IMG/VR virus record: IMGVR_UViG_3300028800_000001
Span: 1-64,000 of that record
Length of the DNA stretch: 64,000 bases
Reading direction: 5' to 3' (one strand)
The position numbers were made by a program, and so were the translations under genes. Under the pieces are notes generated by a model. That model worked only from the letters and a program-made list of their open reading frames with translations, did no database searches and was not told the DNA's origin. The first letter of the stretch is position 1. Every line of letters begins with the position of its first letter. This document shows positions 36,049-44,911 of this stretch, in pieces.

Positions 36049-36300
36049 CTAGAGAGGTTTTCCCGTTTGAAAGTCGTAGACGGTTTCGTGGTCTTGCTCT
36101 TCAAAACATCTTTGGCAGAGGTGGCAAAAATCAAAGATGACGGCATATGCGGTAAGCATGCCAGTTCCGTTCTCAGTCTCATCATAGATGGTAAACGGAT
36201 CACCATCACGAATGCCGCAGTGCTGGCAATAATAACGCAAGCGAAACACTCTGCTCTTTGCTAGCTGATCTCTTTTTGTTTGTGGCGAAAAGTCCATCAT
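36049..36300 (-). CDS. Zn-finger protein, paralog of 37009-37266
   Basis: CxxCG.R...HLCxxC...TG.P. Confidence 0.75.
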   Translation of the reverse strand: MMDFSPQTKRDQLAKSRVFRLRYYCQHCGIRDGDPFTIYDETENGTGMLTAYAVIFDFCHLCQRCFEEQDHETVYDFQTGKPL

Positions 36301-36533
36301 TTCTTCTCCTTGATGCGTAGTGTGTAAAGCTTCCCATCAGGGGCTTCTAGTGTCAGGCCATCTTCGAGCGAATAGCTAGAGGTAGCGATATTGCGGCTCC
36401 CAGGATGTTGTCGTAGGAATGCAGCCGTTGCCAAGTCTACCGCATCCTGCGTTTCCTCTGCCATATAGAAGTCAGCATGAAATTCAAAGTGGTTATCAAG
36501 ATAGCCCTGTATAGCTAACACATGGAGTTTCAT
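36297..36533 (-). CDS. small beta-rich family protein
   Basis: MKLHVLAIQ...AEETQDAVDLA. Confidence 0.7.
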   Translation of the reverse strand: MKLHVLAIQGYLDNHFEFHADFYMAEETQDAVDLATAAFLRQHPGSRNIATSSYSLEDGLTLEAPDGKLYTLRIKEKK

Positions 36534-37006
36534 TTCAAGATCGCTTTCTTCATTCTCGCAAAGATCCCTTGTTTTGGTTCCCTTTTCATAGGCGTCTCTT
36601 CAGGGAGTGCTGAAAGCCATAGATCTTTCGGAAGCAGCCAGACGCTTGAGCCATCGCTGGTCTTGCCATCTGGAATTGTTTCTAGTAGCGTGTGGGTAAG
36701 TGGCTTCCAATTGGATTCGATTTGCTTACCGACTTGCTGATAGTTTTCATCGACGCGAATTAAGAGCGCGCCGCTAAAGGTCAACTTCACTGCAAGTCGT
36801 GAGGTGACAGGTGTTGCTGAAAACACGTCGTCTTTGTACTCATCGTTGATGTAGGGGTCTTTCTCCATCAGGCCGTGAGCTAAGCCACGCATGCCAATCA
36901 CATGCTTGTATTCGCTCTCGCTCATAGTATCCAGCTCTTCTAAACCAATGCCAGCGGAGCCTTCGTAATACGCCATAATTTGATTTATCTCTTCTTGCGT
37001 GTACAT
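36530..37006 (-). CDS. hypothetical protein
   Basis: 158 aa. Confidence 0.7.
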   Translation of the reverse strand: MYTQEEINQIMAYYEGSAGIGLEELDTMSESEYKHVIGMRGLAHGLMEKDPYINDEYKDDVFSATPVTSRLAVKLTFSGALLIRVDENYQQVGKQIESNWKPLTHTLLETIPDGKTSDGSSVWLLPKDLWLSALPEETPMKREPKQGIFARMKKAILK

Positions 37007-37008
37007 CT

Positions 37009-37266
37009 TTACTCAGCTTTCTGTGGCATTCCCGTACTAGAGGAGAAGAATACCGGATGTCTTTCTTTTACACTACAACCTTCGCATAAATGTGTCTCTG
37101 CATCAACGTGATAGCGTCTCATCGTTGGTTTCCTTCGAAGAAAGCCATCATAATAAGAGCAACGCATGCTATACTCAATCTCGCTTTCGTTGTTGCGTAC
37201 GCCACACTGTGTGCAAAAGTGCCCACGAGGCACTCCAGAAAGATGACCATGAATGTTATAAGACAC
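37009..37266 (-). CDS. Zn-finger protein, paralog of 36049-36300
   Basis: As above. Confidence 0.75.
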   Translation of the reverse strand: MSYNIHGHLSGVPRGHFCTQCGVRNNESEIEYSMRCSYYDGFLRRKPTMRRYHVDAETHLCEGCSVKERHPVFFSSSTGMPQKAE

Positions 37267-37281
37267 GCTTTTCTTCCTTTC

Positions 37282-37584
37282 TTAGAGTAAGCCGTAGCTA
37301 AATGCGACGCGGTTGTTATACAAGAATGTGCCCAGGCGTTCCGCAACTTCTTGCGCTGCGTTATAGCCGGTGCCACCAAGCTCAATGCGCTCATCATTGC
37401 TCAGAGTTGCTAAGCCTAGTTGGCGCATCTGTTTGTTGAGCCAGTGCGAAGTGACCGCGCCATCTTTGCAGGTAAAGGTGTAGGCATCTACGAGCCGATC
37501 ACCGGACACGTCCTTTTGTTTAATCACGGTAAAAATGGTGCTACCCTCTGGCAGCAAGGCTTGTAATCGTTCTTTTGTGGTCAT
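37282..37584 (-). CDS. conserved phage hypothetical protein
   Basis: LLPEGSTIFTV...SG...G.GYN. Confidence 0.75.
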   Translation of the reverse strand: MTTKERLQALLPEGSTIFTVIKQKDVSGDRLVDAYTFTCKDGAVTSHWLNKQMRQLGLATLSNDERIELGGTGYNAAQEVAERLGTFLYNNRVAFSYGLL

Positions 37585-37613
37585 GCGTTTCTTTCCTTCT
37601 TGTAGCCATTTGC

Positions 37614-38060
37614 CTATACGTTTTTTACGATCCAGACATTGACGAATATCCTCTCGGTTGCCACTGCCCAGGCTTCTGCCTCTTTTTCTGATCTATGCGC
37701 ACCCTCAAGGGTTTGAATAAGGTAGTTGCTGGCGTCAAAGAGCGCAACACGCGCCCACCACGTCTGTTCATCAAGCCAGCAAACGTGGCTACTTTGATGC
37801 ACCTGCTTTGCTACTTCCTGTTTGACCTCTTGTTTGAGCTTCATTTTCTCAACTTCTGCTTTCATAGCGTGAAGTCGTTCCATCGCTGCGATATCTTTCA
37901 TTATTTTATTTTGGCGGTCGATCTCAGCTTGCGGTGGGAAGGTATAGTCAGGAATATGGTTGATTTCGACTCTACGATTTCGAGCTTCGTCTTCACGCCG
38001 CTTCTGAGTAGCTGCTCTGCGTCGCTCGTTGACCGCGTCTTTATTTTTTCCGTTATACAT
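37614..38060 (-). CDS. coiled-coil plus domain shared with 55528-55755
   Basis: QSSHVCW...WWARV..FD...LIQ..EGAH...AWA.ATERI.VNVWIV. Confidence 0.75.
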   Translation of the reverse strand: MYNGKNKDAVNERRRAATQKRREDEARNRRVEINHIPDYTFPPQAEIDRQNKIMKDIAAMERLHAMKAEVEKMKLKQEVKQEVAKQVHQSSHVCWLDEQTWWARVALFDASNYLIQTLEGAHRSEKEAEAWAVATERIFVNVWIVKNV

Positions 38061-38268
38061 CGCGCTGTTCTCTCGCCCAGGTGCCAGAAGGATAAATGGC
38101 TCTATCCATATAAGAGGTGACGCGCTCGTAACCTTTAGTTTTCAGCTCACGAATGGCAGCGTTGAAGAGGAATTTACTTTCTCCTCTGTATTTGCAATAC
38201 CATGCACGAAGCGTGTAAAACTTGACGTAATATTTGTAGTGATACTGTTCGTTGTCTGGTGCTGCCAT
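38053..38268 (-). CDS. hypothetical protein
   Basis: RBS GGAGG. Confidence 0.65.
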   Translation of the reverse strand: MAAPDNEQYHYKYYVKFYTLRAWYCKYRGESKFLFNAAIRELKTKGYERVTSYMDRAIYPSGTWAREQRDV

Positions 38269-38270
38269 GT

Positions 38271-38564
38271 TTACCTCCACTGATCGGGCCATCGATCAAG
38301 ATCCTCATGTCGTTGCTGCTCTGGACAATAACCATCAGGCATTGCTTGCCCACAATAGTCGCAGGCTTCGTCGCCGCCCAGGCGATAGGCTGTAAAGAGG
38401 TTGCGCACGTCTTCAAACCCACTGTCCTCACCATCCAGCGTAAGCGTAATGCTCTCAGGAGTATTATGAAGATGCTCCACTTCTGTTGAGCAGGTTGCCA
38501 AGAGTTGTAGAAACTCTGTGTAAGTCGGGTGACCGTCTTCTTTGTAGATGATAATACTTGCCAT
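38271..38564 (-). CDS. hypothetical protein
   Basis: C-terminal CxxC..C. Confidence 0.7.
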   Translation of the reverse strand: MASIIIYKEDGHPTYTEFLQLLATCSTEVEHLHNTPESITLTLDGEDSGFEDVRNLFTAYRLGGDEACDYCGQAMPDGYCPEQQRHEDLDRWPDQWR

Positions 38565-38565
38565 G

Positions 38566-38784
38566 TTATGCTTCTCCTTTTTCGTTAGCGGCTTCCGCGT
38601 CTAAGCAATCCTGGCACCATGACGATGTTGGATGTTTTGCAACGATAGGTTCGCGCAGCACATCTTTGCGATATTCAAGGTGACGTGGACAGAGCGTGAT
38701 CGACGTAAAACGATGAATATCTTGCTCATCGATGCCGCGATCAATAGACGCTTCAACATTTTTGTCTTGCTGATAATTAACCAT
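38566..38784 (-). CDS. hypothetical protein
   Basis: CxxH...CxxC. Confidence 0.7.
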   Translation of the reverse strand: MVNYQQDKNVEASIDRGIDEQDIHRFTSITLCPRHLEYRKDVLREPIVAKHPTSSWCQDCLDAEAANEKGEA

Positions 38785-38813
38785 GCTTTGTGTTCTTTCT
38801 TGTAGCTATTGAA

Positions 38814-39068
38814 CTACTTACTTTTGATGTTCGTAATATAGGTTCCTAGCTGCGCGAGTGCTTCATCGTTTAAAACGATATGTTGACTCACAAAAACCAG
38901 GATATAATAGCTTTGTTCAGGTTTACCAATTTCTTGAAAATGTGTTGTCGTCACATGAGCAATCCAGGCGATCTGCTCTTCATCAAGTACCTGAAAGGTA
39001 TCTTCATCGATGATATATTTGGTGTTGCTTAGAATATAGTTGCGCGACCGCTCAATTTTCGGGTTCAT
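38814..39068 (-). CDS. hypothetical protein
   Basis: 84 aa. Confidence 0.7.
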   Translation of the reverse strand: MNPKIERSRNYILSNTKYIIDEDTFQVLDEEQIAWIAHVTTTHFQEIGKPEQSYYILVFVSQHIVLNDEALAQLGTYITNIKSK

Positions 39069-39094
39069 TGTTTTTCCTTCCTGTAGCCATTGGA

Positions 39095-39532
39095 CTACAA
39101 AGTTTTCTTTCGATTAAGTTTGACACCTTCGTTTGCAATGGGTCTTTTATTGTATCTTTCTGGCAAGTGTGACCCATTTTTATTCACTATCGCGTTTAAG
39201 CAAGGCCCAAGACGATAGATAAGCTCTTCCTCGCATGTTTGGATAAAAACATCGTGCATTGCTATTTGCTCATACTCTTTTGCCGTAATTAATTCTTTAA
39301 GTTCCCATATCTCCATCGTCCAATTAAGAGATTCTGGCATATTGTCAAGAATAATTTGACCAACCCTGTCGGGCCAGGGAAGGCGAGCGCCTTTTCCCAG
39401 GTGTTCAAGTAGTCTGGTATAAGGATGAATAGAGCGCCCAACATAGAAGATAGTATCTTCATCTCTGTAGACATAGAGGCATTGCTCCTCCTCGAATGTT
39501 TCCATTGCTTTGCCAATAGTAGTTTGTATCAT
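39095..39532 (-). CDS. GIY-YIG nuclease family protein
   Basis: CLYVY...FYVGRS...RLLEH...E...P.LN. Confidence 0.8.
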   Translation of the reverse strand: MIQTTIGKAMETFEEEQCLYVYRDEDTIFYVGRSIHPYTRLLEHLGKGARLPWPDRVGQIILDNMPESLNWTMEIWELKELITAKEYEQIAMHDVFIQTCEEELIYRLGPCLNAIVNKNGSHLPERYNKRPIANEGVKLNRKKTL

Positions 39533-40638
39533 TCGTCATCTTCCTCGCTAATAATAACCCCATCGTTTGCGATAGAGCCGCGCTTTGCATAGTAAAGGGG
39601 CATGTGCGGAGTTTTCCAGCCTCCACCACTTTGCACTTTATCAAGCGGCGTGCCATTTTTGAGTGCGTCATAGACCCAAAAGTGTCTGGCATCGTGAGGT
39701 GAGAGATTTTTTACCCCAATTGTTTCTCCAAGAGTACGAACACGGGCATTGATAGCGCGTCTCGTAATGCGTTTGTTTTCGTAGCCCAGGAAAAGTGGCC
39801 CTGCCGTTCTTGGTATTCCAGCGACGCCTTCCTTGAGCATTCCTATATAATTCTCAGCCGCAATACGCGTATGCTTTTTAAGTTTTTGTTTATCGTGAAG
39901 ATTTGTCTTTTCATGATAGATATGCACATTGCCGGTCTGAAGGGAAAAATCTTCAATATTAAGATTGGCAACTTCGCCACAGCGTAATGCATGCTCAAAA
40001 AGCAATCCCGTAAGTAAGGCATCTCTCGCGGCCATTAATTCCTGCTGTTCCTTACTTTGTTTCTTCGGCTGCGTCGTCGCTCTCTTGATTTTAAAAACTT
40101 TTGACGTTTCTATTTCGACCGCATTTTCTTTTTTATTTCCAATGCGTGTTGGCACACCATCAGCGATTCGCTCATGATCACGATTTACTGCGAGCTTTCC
40201 ACTTTTGCCTCGCACCAATTGAATGAGATGTAATTCTTCGAGAGAAAGGAGTCCGGCCTGTTCAACAAGGTTACAATACTTCTTGATCGTGGTGAGGTAG
40301 ACGCAGATCGATCCCATTGCATACCCTTTGTTTTCCAACCAGACCTGAAAGCCAGAAACCAGGGCATCATTTATACCTTCCCAACTTTCAGGAATTTCGT
40401 AGAGTTCTTCTGATGCTCTGCCAACGCCAACAGCATAGAGGTAATTGCTGAAATGAGTCAGATCATTTTTCTGCCGCCTGCGGGTGTTTTCGGTGAGTCC
40501 TTTATGGTATTCGAGAAAGATATTGCTTGCCCTTGCTTTTCTGGCAGCGTTTCCAGCGCGATACAAATCGTCAGGATACAGTTGATCTGAAACACTGGTA
40601 TCCGTGACAAAGATAGTGATCGCCTTTTCTTCTTCCAT
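39529..40638 (-). CDS. tyrosine recombinase/integrase
   Basis: ALRCGEVA.L, K, SPHDARH, GGW, LYY (R-K-H-R-W-Y catalytic set). Confidence 0.92.
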   Translation of the reverse strand: MEEEKAITIFVTDTSVSDQLYPDDLYRAGNAARKARASNIFLEYHKGLTENTRRRQKNDLTHFSNYLYAVGVGRASEELYEIPESWEGINDALVSGFQVWLENKGYAMGSICVYLTTIKKYCNLVEQAGLLSLEELHLIQLVRGKSGKLAVNRDHERIADGVPTRIGNKKENAVEIETSKVFKIKRATTQPKKQSKEQQELMAARDALLTGLLFEHALRCGEVANLNIEDFSLQTGNVHIYHEKTNLHDKQKLKKHTRIAAENYIGMLKEGVAGIPRTAGPLFLGYENKRITRRAINARVRTLGETIGVKNLSPHDARHFWVYDALKNGTPLDKVQSGGGWKTPHMPLYYAKRGSIANDGVIISEEDDE

Positions 40639-40706
40639 TAAGTTTGTTTCCTTTGAAATTTTCTATTTCCGATTTGTATCCATAATCGGCACTGGTTTAT
40701 ACGACC

Positions 40707-40761
40707 ATTATAGAACATTCTTTCTTTGCCGTCAAGGGTTATTTCTTGGTATATTCAGAAG
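40707..40761 (-). promoter_or_regulatory. class I promoter driving integrase
   Basis: TTGACG-17-TATAAT; centre 40757 (22 nt). Confidence 0.85.
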
Positions 40762-40824
40762 ATGGCTGCGCAGGCCGATGTATGATATACTGGTCGCTAC
40801 TTTATTGAATTGAAAGGGAAAATT

Positions 40825-41187
40825 ATGAACACGCCTGATATCATTGCCCTTTGCCAACTCATATTATCTGCTCTTGTTGCTCTTATTGGTGGAACTCTAG
40901 CAATAGCTGCTTATCTCAGAGTTCTCAAAACCACAGACGAAAATACCAGGGCTAGAAAAGAAGAGATAGGAAAAGACATTGAAATAAGAAAGAACGAATT
41001 AAAACAGGCCGGTGATCAACTACAACAATTAATGACTTCCAGTGGACAGCAATGGGAAGCTAGTATTAAAAGAGATAAATACGCTGTCGCCGGACTTATG
41101 ATTTTAGCGATCTGCTTTTTACTAATATCAGAAAACAAAATATCCAAAATATCAAACGAAATTCGAGGTCAAAAACGTGGAGAATGA
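40825..41187 (+). CDS. membrane protein with coiled coil
   Basis: Two TM segments, AT-rich. Confidence 0.7.
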   Translation: MNTPDIIALCQLILSALVALIGGTLAIAAYLRVLKTTDENTRARKEEIGKDIEIRKNELKQAGDQLQQLMTSSGQQWEASIKRDKYAVAGLMILAICFLLISENKISKISNEIRGQKRGE

Positions 41188-41217
41188 TTTTTCATTCTTT
41201 TGACGATGGACTTGGCA

Positions 41218-41248
41218 CCGCAAGTGTTTTTCTATGCATATTCAGAAG
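41218..41248 (-). promoter_or_regulatory. decayed class I promoter copy
   Basis: caagtgtttttctatgcatattcagaa resembles 14930-14957; -35/-10 degenerate. Confidence 0.5.
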
Positions 41249-41379
41249 GCAAGGTCAAAGGCCAGCCGGAACATATGTTCGATAGCCAAAAATATTTTGG
41301 GGCTTCTGCATCTGCCGTCAACGAGTTAGAATGCAGGAGCATCATTGTAGAACCTAGTCTGTTTTAGAAGGAGTCGCTC

Positions 41380-41685
41380 ATGATAAATGAGTACGCCCTG
41401 TTTTTTCGCGATAAAAATGGTAACATCTGTGGTGGTCAAAGCCACGACAAAGCGAATTTTTTAACCTCTGGAATAGTTGATGACAAGGCAGTCTTAGCCA
41501 TAGAACTATCCGTTCTAAAAAGATATCTTGAAGGAAATATCCCAAATGGCGCTCATAGCGTAGAGATACATAAGATGCTTCCTGAAGAAACGCTCTCTCA
41601 ACTAATTGAGAGAATTAATGTTGACCATTTAAAACCAATCACTTCGATCAATAAAAGCGATCTAAATTTGGAGGAAGCAAAATGA
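41380..41685 (+). CDS. hypothetical protein
   Basis: RBS AAGGAG. Confidence 0.7.
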   Translation: MINEYALFFRDKNGNICGGQSHDKANFLTSGIVDDKAVLAIELSVLKRYLEGNIPNGAHSVEIHKMLPEETLSQLIERINVDHLKPITSINKSDLNLEEAK

Positions 41686-42146
41686 AGAGACTTTGCTATA
41701 TAAAGCACGAAGGCATAATTCATATAGGTGTAGATACAAAACATCCCAACCCATTTTGGTCTTACGGAGATGGGACAAAAAAATGTTGCGATACCAAGAT
41801 TATCGGCGCTTACGAGCATGGACTACTATCTCTTGATAGGATTTTCTCTTCGAGAGAACTTTGCCAAGATTGCAACAAAAGTTGGAACGATGTGGATTTC
41901 TTAATAGAGTGCGAGCCCACGCCTGTTTTTGAACTATGGCGCGGCGACAAGCACCTAGTTGATTTCTCTACTGAAGAATTAAAAGAGATGATCAATAAAG
42001 ATACTGATTTACCAATGGAGCTGGTAACGCATGGATATCATCAACAAGTTCCCTTCATTGGCAGGCATATTGTTTTTGAAACTCTTGCAGAAACAATAGA
42101 AGGAATTAAAACAGAGATTGCCAATAGAGAGCAAGCGAAAAGTTAA
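41682..42146 (+). CDS. hypothetical protein
   Basis: RBS GGAGG, ATGA overlap. Confidence 0.7.
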   Translation: MKRLCYIKHEGIIHIGVDTKHPNPFWSYGDGTKKCCDTKIIGAYEHGLLSLDRIFSSRELCQDCNKSWNDVDFLIECEPTPVFELWRGDKHLVDFSTEELKEMINKDTDLPMELVTHGYHQQVPFIGRHIVFETLAETIEGIKTEIANREQAKS

Positions 42147-42212
42147 GCTTGACAGACGTGATATGCTCCAGATTATCACAAGGTCGAAAATTTTCAGAAA
42201 GGATAAAAGCCA

Positions 42213-42311
42213 ATGGAACTTTTCGCCCGAATAATCGGCACCACAATTGGTGGCATTGTTGGTACTTGGATTACCAACGAGATCATTAAAAATTGGAGAA
42301 AGAATAAATAA
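42213..42311 (+). CDS. 32-aa hydrophobic peptide, type I toxin-like (not in ORF track)
   Basis: RBS AAAGGA; MELFARIIGTTIGGIVGTWITNEIIKNWRKNK; terminator follows. Confidence 0.6.
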   Translation: MELFARIIGTTIGGIVGTWITNEIIKNWRKNK

Positions 42312-42330
42312 CGCTCCAATTCTAAAGGCA

Positions 42331-42371
42331 ATAAAAGCACCTTGAATTTTGATCAAGGTGCTTTTATTTTT
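42331..42371 (+). terminator. intrinsic terminator
   Basis: AAAAGCACCTTGA/TCAAGGTGCTTTT. Confidence 0.8.
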
Positions 42372-42382
42372 GGAGGAATTTT

Positions 42383-42904
42383 ATGAAAAAATCTTTCTTT
42401 TTGTTTATGCTGTTATTTTTGTCAGCTTGCGGTTCAGCCGCTCCTTCTAATAGCGCCGCTACCAAAATAGCGCCCACTGCAACGCCGCAAGTTGTCTTTT
42501 ATGGCACTGTCGGAAAGCCAATTATTATGATCCCTTGGAAGATATCGCTCGAATCAGTAAAAATAATTGATCCGGCAACCATTCCGCAACACGATCAAAT
42601 ATTTCCATCCGTTACTGCCAATCAGCATTTTCTTCTTCTGAATGAGCATATAGAAAATATCTCAAATTCTTCTGCAAATGTTGGAGGGATGCAGTTTGCG
42701 TTGCAAAATACGAATGGAGATAGTTTTTCTGAGCAATTGGGGCTTCCTGGCATTGACTCGTCAGGTCTTGGAGGAACAATGGCACCTTCGATACAGCAGG
42801 CCGGACAGCAAGTTTACATTGTGCCAACCAGCGAGCATTCTTTTCTCTGGATCTATACCGCAGACGATAACTTGCATCAAATCATTTGGAAGTTTAGTGC
42901 GTAG
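42383..42904 (+). CDS. lipoprotein, DUF4352-like Ig fold
   Basis: Lipobox LSAC; ENIS...F.LQN.NG..F. Confidence 0.75.
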   Translation: MKKSFFLFMLLFLSACGSAAPSNSAATKIAPTATPQVVFYGTVGKPIIMIPWKISLESVKIIDPATIPQHDQIFPSVTANQHFLLLNEHIENISNSSANVGGMQFALQNTNGDSFSEQLGLPGIDSSGLGGTMAPSIQQAGQQVYIVPTSEHSFLWIYTADDNLHQIIWKFSA

Positions 42905-42910
42905 TGCAAC

Positions 42911-42946
42911 AAAAAAGAGAGACGCTATGCTGTGGCGTCTCTCTTT
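42911..42946. terminator. bidirectional terminator
   Basis: AAAGAGAGACGC/GCGTCTCTCTTT. Confidence 0.8.
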
Positions 42947-42969
42947 AGGCAATGCGGTATGACTCGCTT

Positions 42970-43012
42970 ATTCTAGCACGCCCCTGCCGTAGCAGTCAAG
43001 CATTTTCAGAAG
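42970..43012 (-). promoter_or_regulatory. class II promoter (box 9 nt from -35)
   Basis: TTGACT-18-TAGAAT; centre 43008. Confidence 0.7.
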
Positions 43013-43346
43013 AAACTTGGTATCCCAGCGTAAAGGGAAAAACTGCTTCTTGAATATCAACCTGAGCATCATCCGTCTTAGACTCAACGACAGGAGTAAG
43101 GCCATCTAACCGAAGGGTACACGTGAAATCTCTTGCCTCGTAGAGCACATGAACTCTTTCGTAACGGCCAAACACGAATACTGAGATATACGTTCCGTCT
43201 TCCTGGCTCGTAACTGCTGGCGTTGCCATGACGCCAGTTGTCGAAAGACACATGACTTTAAAGTAGTCATCCGACTCAACTAGACAAATGCAATATGATG
43301 TTAACTTCCCCTGAGTGTTATTGGTATATTTTATGCTGTATCGCAT
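42996..43346 (-). CDS. hypothetical protein flanked by direct promoter repeats, ends SSENA
   Basis: RBS AAAGGG; TGA stop is within the TTGACT -35. Confidence 0.7.
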   Translation of the reverse strand: MRYSIKYTNNTQGKLTSYCICLVESDDYFKVMCLSTTGVMATPAVTSQEDGTYISVFVFGRYERVHVLYEARDFTCTLRLDGLTPVVESKTDDAQVDIQEAVFPFTLGYQVSSENA

Positions 43347-43390
43347 AGCTATTCCCTTTCTTTTGTTTACTATTAAATTTTAAGATAACA

Positions 43391-43428
43391 GAAAAGCGAG
43401 ATACCGTACCCCGAATATCTCGCTTTTC
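43391..43428. terminator. terminator-like hairpin
   Basis: GAAAAGCGAGATA/TATCTCGCTTTTC. Confidence 0.65.
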
Positions 43429-43459
43429 CTTGTGTTCACCGAAACACTACAACGTTATT

Positions 43460-43501
43460 ATTCTAGCACGTGCTCTCAAAACAGTCAAGTATTTTCAGAA
43501 G
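43460..43501 (-). promoter_or_regulatory. class II promoter (box 9 nt from -35)
   Basis: TTGACT-17-TAGAAT; centre 43497. Confidence 0.7.
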
Positions 43502-43898
43502 ACGGCCAAACGTAGGGAAGATTTGGGTCAACCCCCCAGCCATATTGCCCGTACCACTCTGGATTTTTACGCAATAAGTTGGACTGATGTGAAGCGTGAA
43601 AATAGTAATTTCCCAACCAGGGCGGGAGTGTATACTTAGTAATTTCTGGATAGAGCACCATCGTATTCTTATACCGCTCTTTGCTTATCCACTCTTTTAT
43701 CATCGCATTGACATACTGGCTGAGCGCTTCCTCGTACCCTTTCCACATCTTGACCGCAGGATGATGTTGCCACCCTGTACTCTTGCCTGTAAGCGTGTTT
43801 AAAATTTGCATTCCCTCAACACGTTGCTTCCCAAGTCGTTTCGAGTCCAGGCAATGAGCAGACTCCGTAAAGCTTGCATAGGGCAAAAATGTTTGCAT
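43485..43898 (-). CDS. pyrimidine-dimer DNA glycosylase-like (MSMEG_6728/Pyr_excise family)
   Basis: MQTFLP...LDSKRLGKQRVE..QIL...GWQHHPAVKMW.GY; ends SSENT. Confidence 0.85.
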   Translation of the reverse strand: MQTFLPYASFTESAHCLDSKRLGKQRVEGMQILNTLTGKSTGWQHHPAVKMWKGYEEALSQYVNAMIKEWISKERYKNTMVLYPEITKYTLPPWLGNYYFHASHQSNLLRKNPEWYGQYGWGVDPNLPYVWPSSENT

Positions 43899-44128
43899 TA
43901 CACATTCCGCCAGAGAATAGGCAGCGCTGCAATAAATTCTTCGCTGTACTCAGGGGCAAACTCGGCTCGCAGGTGAACTGGAAGCTCGTTGGCACAGATC
44001 AGGCCATCAAACCAGAGCCCAACAATGATGATATCTGCGTCTTCCTGGTTCATCGGGGTACCGTCTGAATTCAGAATATAGGTAATTCCCTGTGCGTCGT
44101 TATGAATGGTGTATTTTTCGTCTATCAT
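43898..44128 (-). CDS. hypothetical protein
   Basis: RBS AAGGAG. Confidence 0.7.
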   Translation of the reverse strand: MIDEKYTIHNDAQGITYILNSDGTPMNQEDADIIIVGLWFDGLICANELPVHLRAEFAPEYSEEFIAALPILWRNV

Positions 44129-44160
44129 TTTCTTTTCTCCTTGAAATATTTTCTACCCTA

Positions 44161-44216
44161 ATTGTGCCTCAATCGCACCGTTCCGTCAAGCCTTTTTTCA
44201 CTGTATATTCAGAAAG
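44161..44216 (-). promoter_or_regulatory. class I promoter + box
   Basis: TTGACG-17-CACAAT; centre 44211 (22 nt). Confidence 0.75.
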
Positions 44217-44248
44217 ATTGTCGCCATCCCCTGCTTTATACTATCCTC

Positions 44249-44629
44249 ATGAATACACACGAAGCAATTGTAGTCAGTGGCTACACGAAATCTCATCTCT
44301 GCCGTCTCTGCGAAACTGGCCGCATTCAAGCCACCAAGAGAAAGGGTGAATGGGAGATTGATCCTGTCTCCCTGGCTTCCTACAAGCCGTCACCTCCTGC
44401 TGGTAATCTTCCACGTCCCAACGGTCGGCTCACTCCAATCGACACCATCATCGTCTGTGAAAGCGAAGCGCACGCCTGGGCACTAGAAGGAAATATTGCG
44501 CGCTTCATTCTTATTCTCAAGTTACACAAGGAGATCACCATCAGGCGTTCAGGGCTGGAGGTCTCTGTACAGGGAAAGGCGACTGAGGAATTTGTGGCGC
44601 GTTTGGAGAAGAGTTCTTGGAAAACGTAA
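44249..44629 (+). CDS. HTH_17/excisionase-like DNA-binding protein, probably leaderless
   Basis: THEA..VSGYTKSHLCRLCETGRIQATKRKGEWEI; TATACT 6 nt before ATG. Confidence 0.75.
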   Translation: MNTHEAIVVSGYTKSHLCRLCETGRIQATKRKGEWEIDPVSLASYKPSPPAGNLPRPNGRLTPIDTIIVCESEAHAWALEGNIARFILILKLHKEITIRRSGLEVSVQGKATEEFVARLEKSSWKT

Positions 44630-44911
44630 GAGAGAACGCTCTCCTTTATGTTAAAATAAAGAGACGAAGTTCGTCAAGAAGTCTTCTTACAAGGAGTACC
44701 CACAATGGCAATCTTTGCCAACAAGTTTTTCACTGCGTCAAGTAGTAAAAAACACCCTCTCAAAATCTCGTTGAAATCGTCAAAAAAGCAGAAGAGAAAG
44801 AAGTAGTTTTCTTTCAAAAGTGAGGGGCAGGAACAATGGCGTTCCTGCTTTTTTATATGCTCGTTACAAAAAAGCAGAGCAATTCGTCATGGTAGATAAA
44901 GGAGCTTTTGT

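Noticed and set aside
39529-40760. Prophage att boundary at the integrase
   Set aside because: The same promoter family and gene style continue on both sides, so this is not an element edge.
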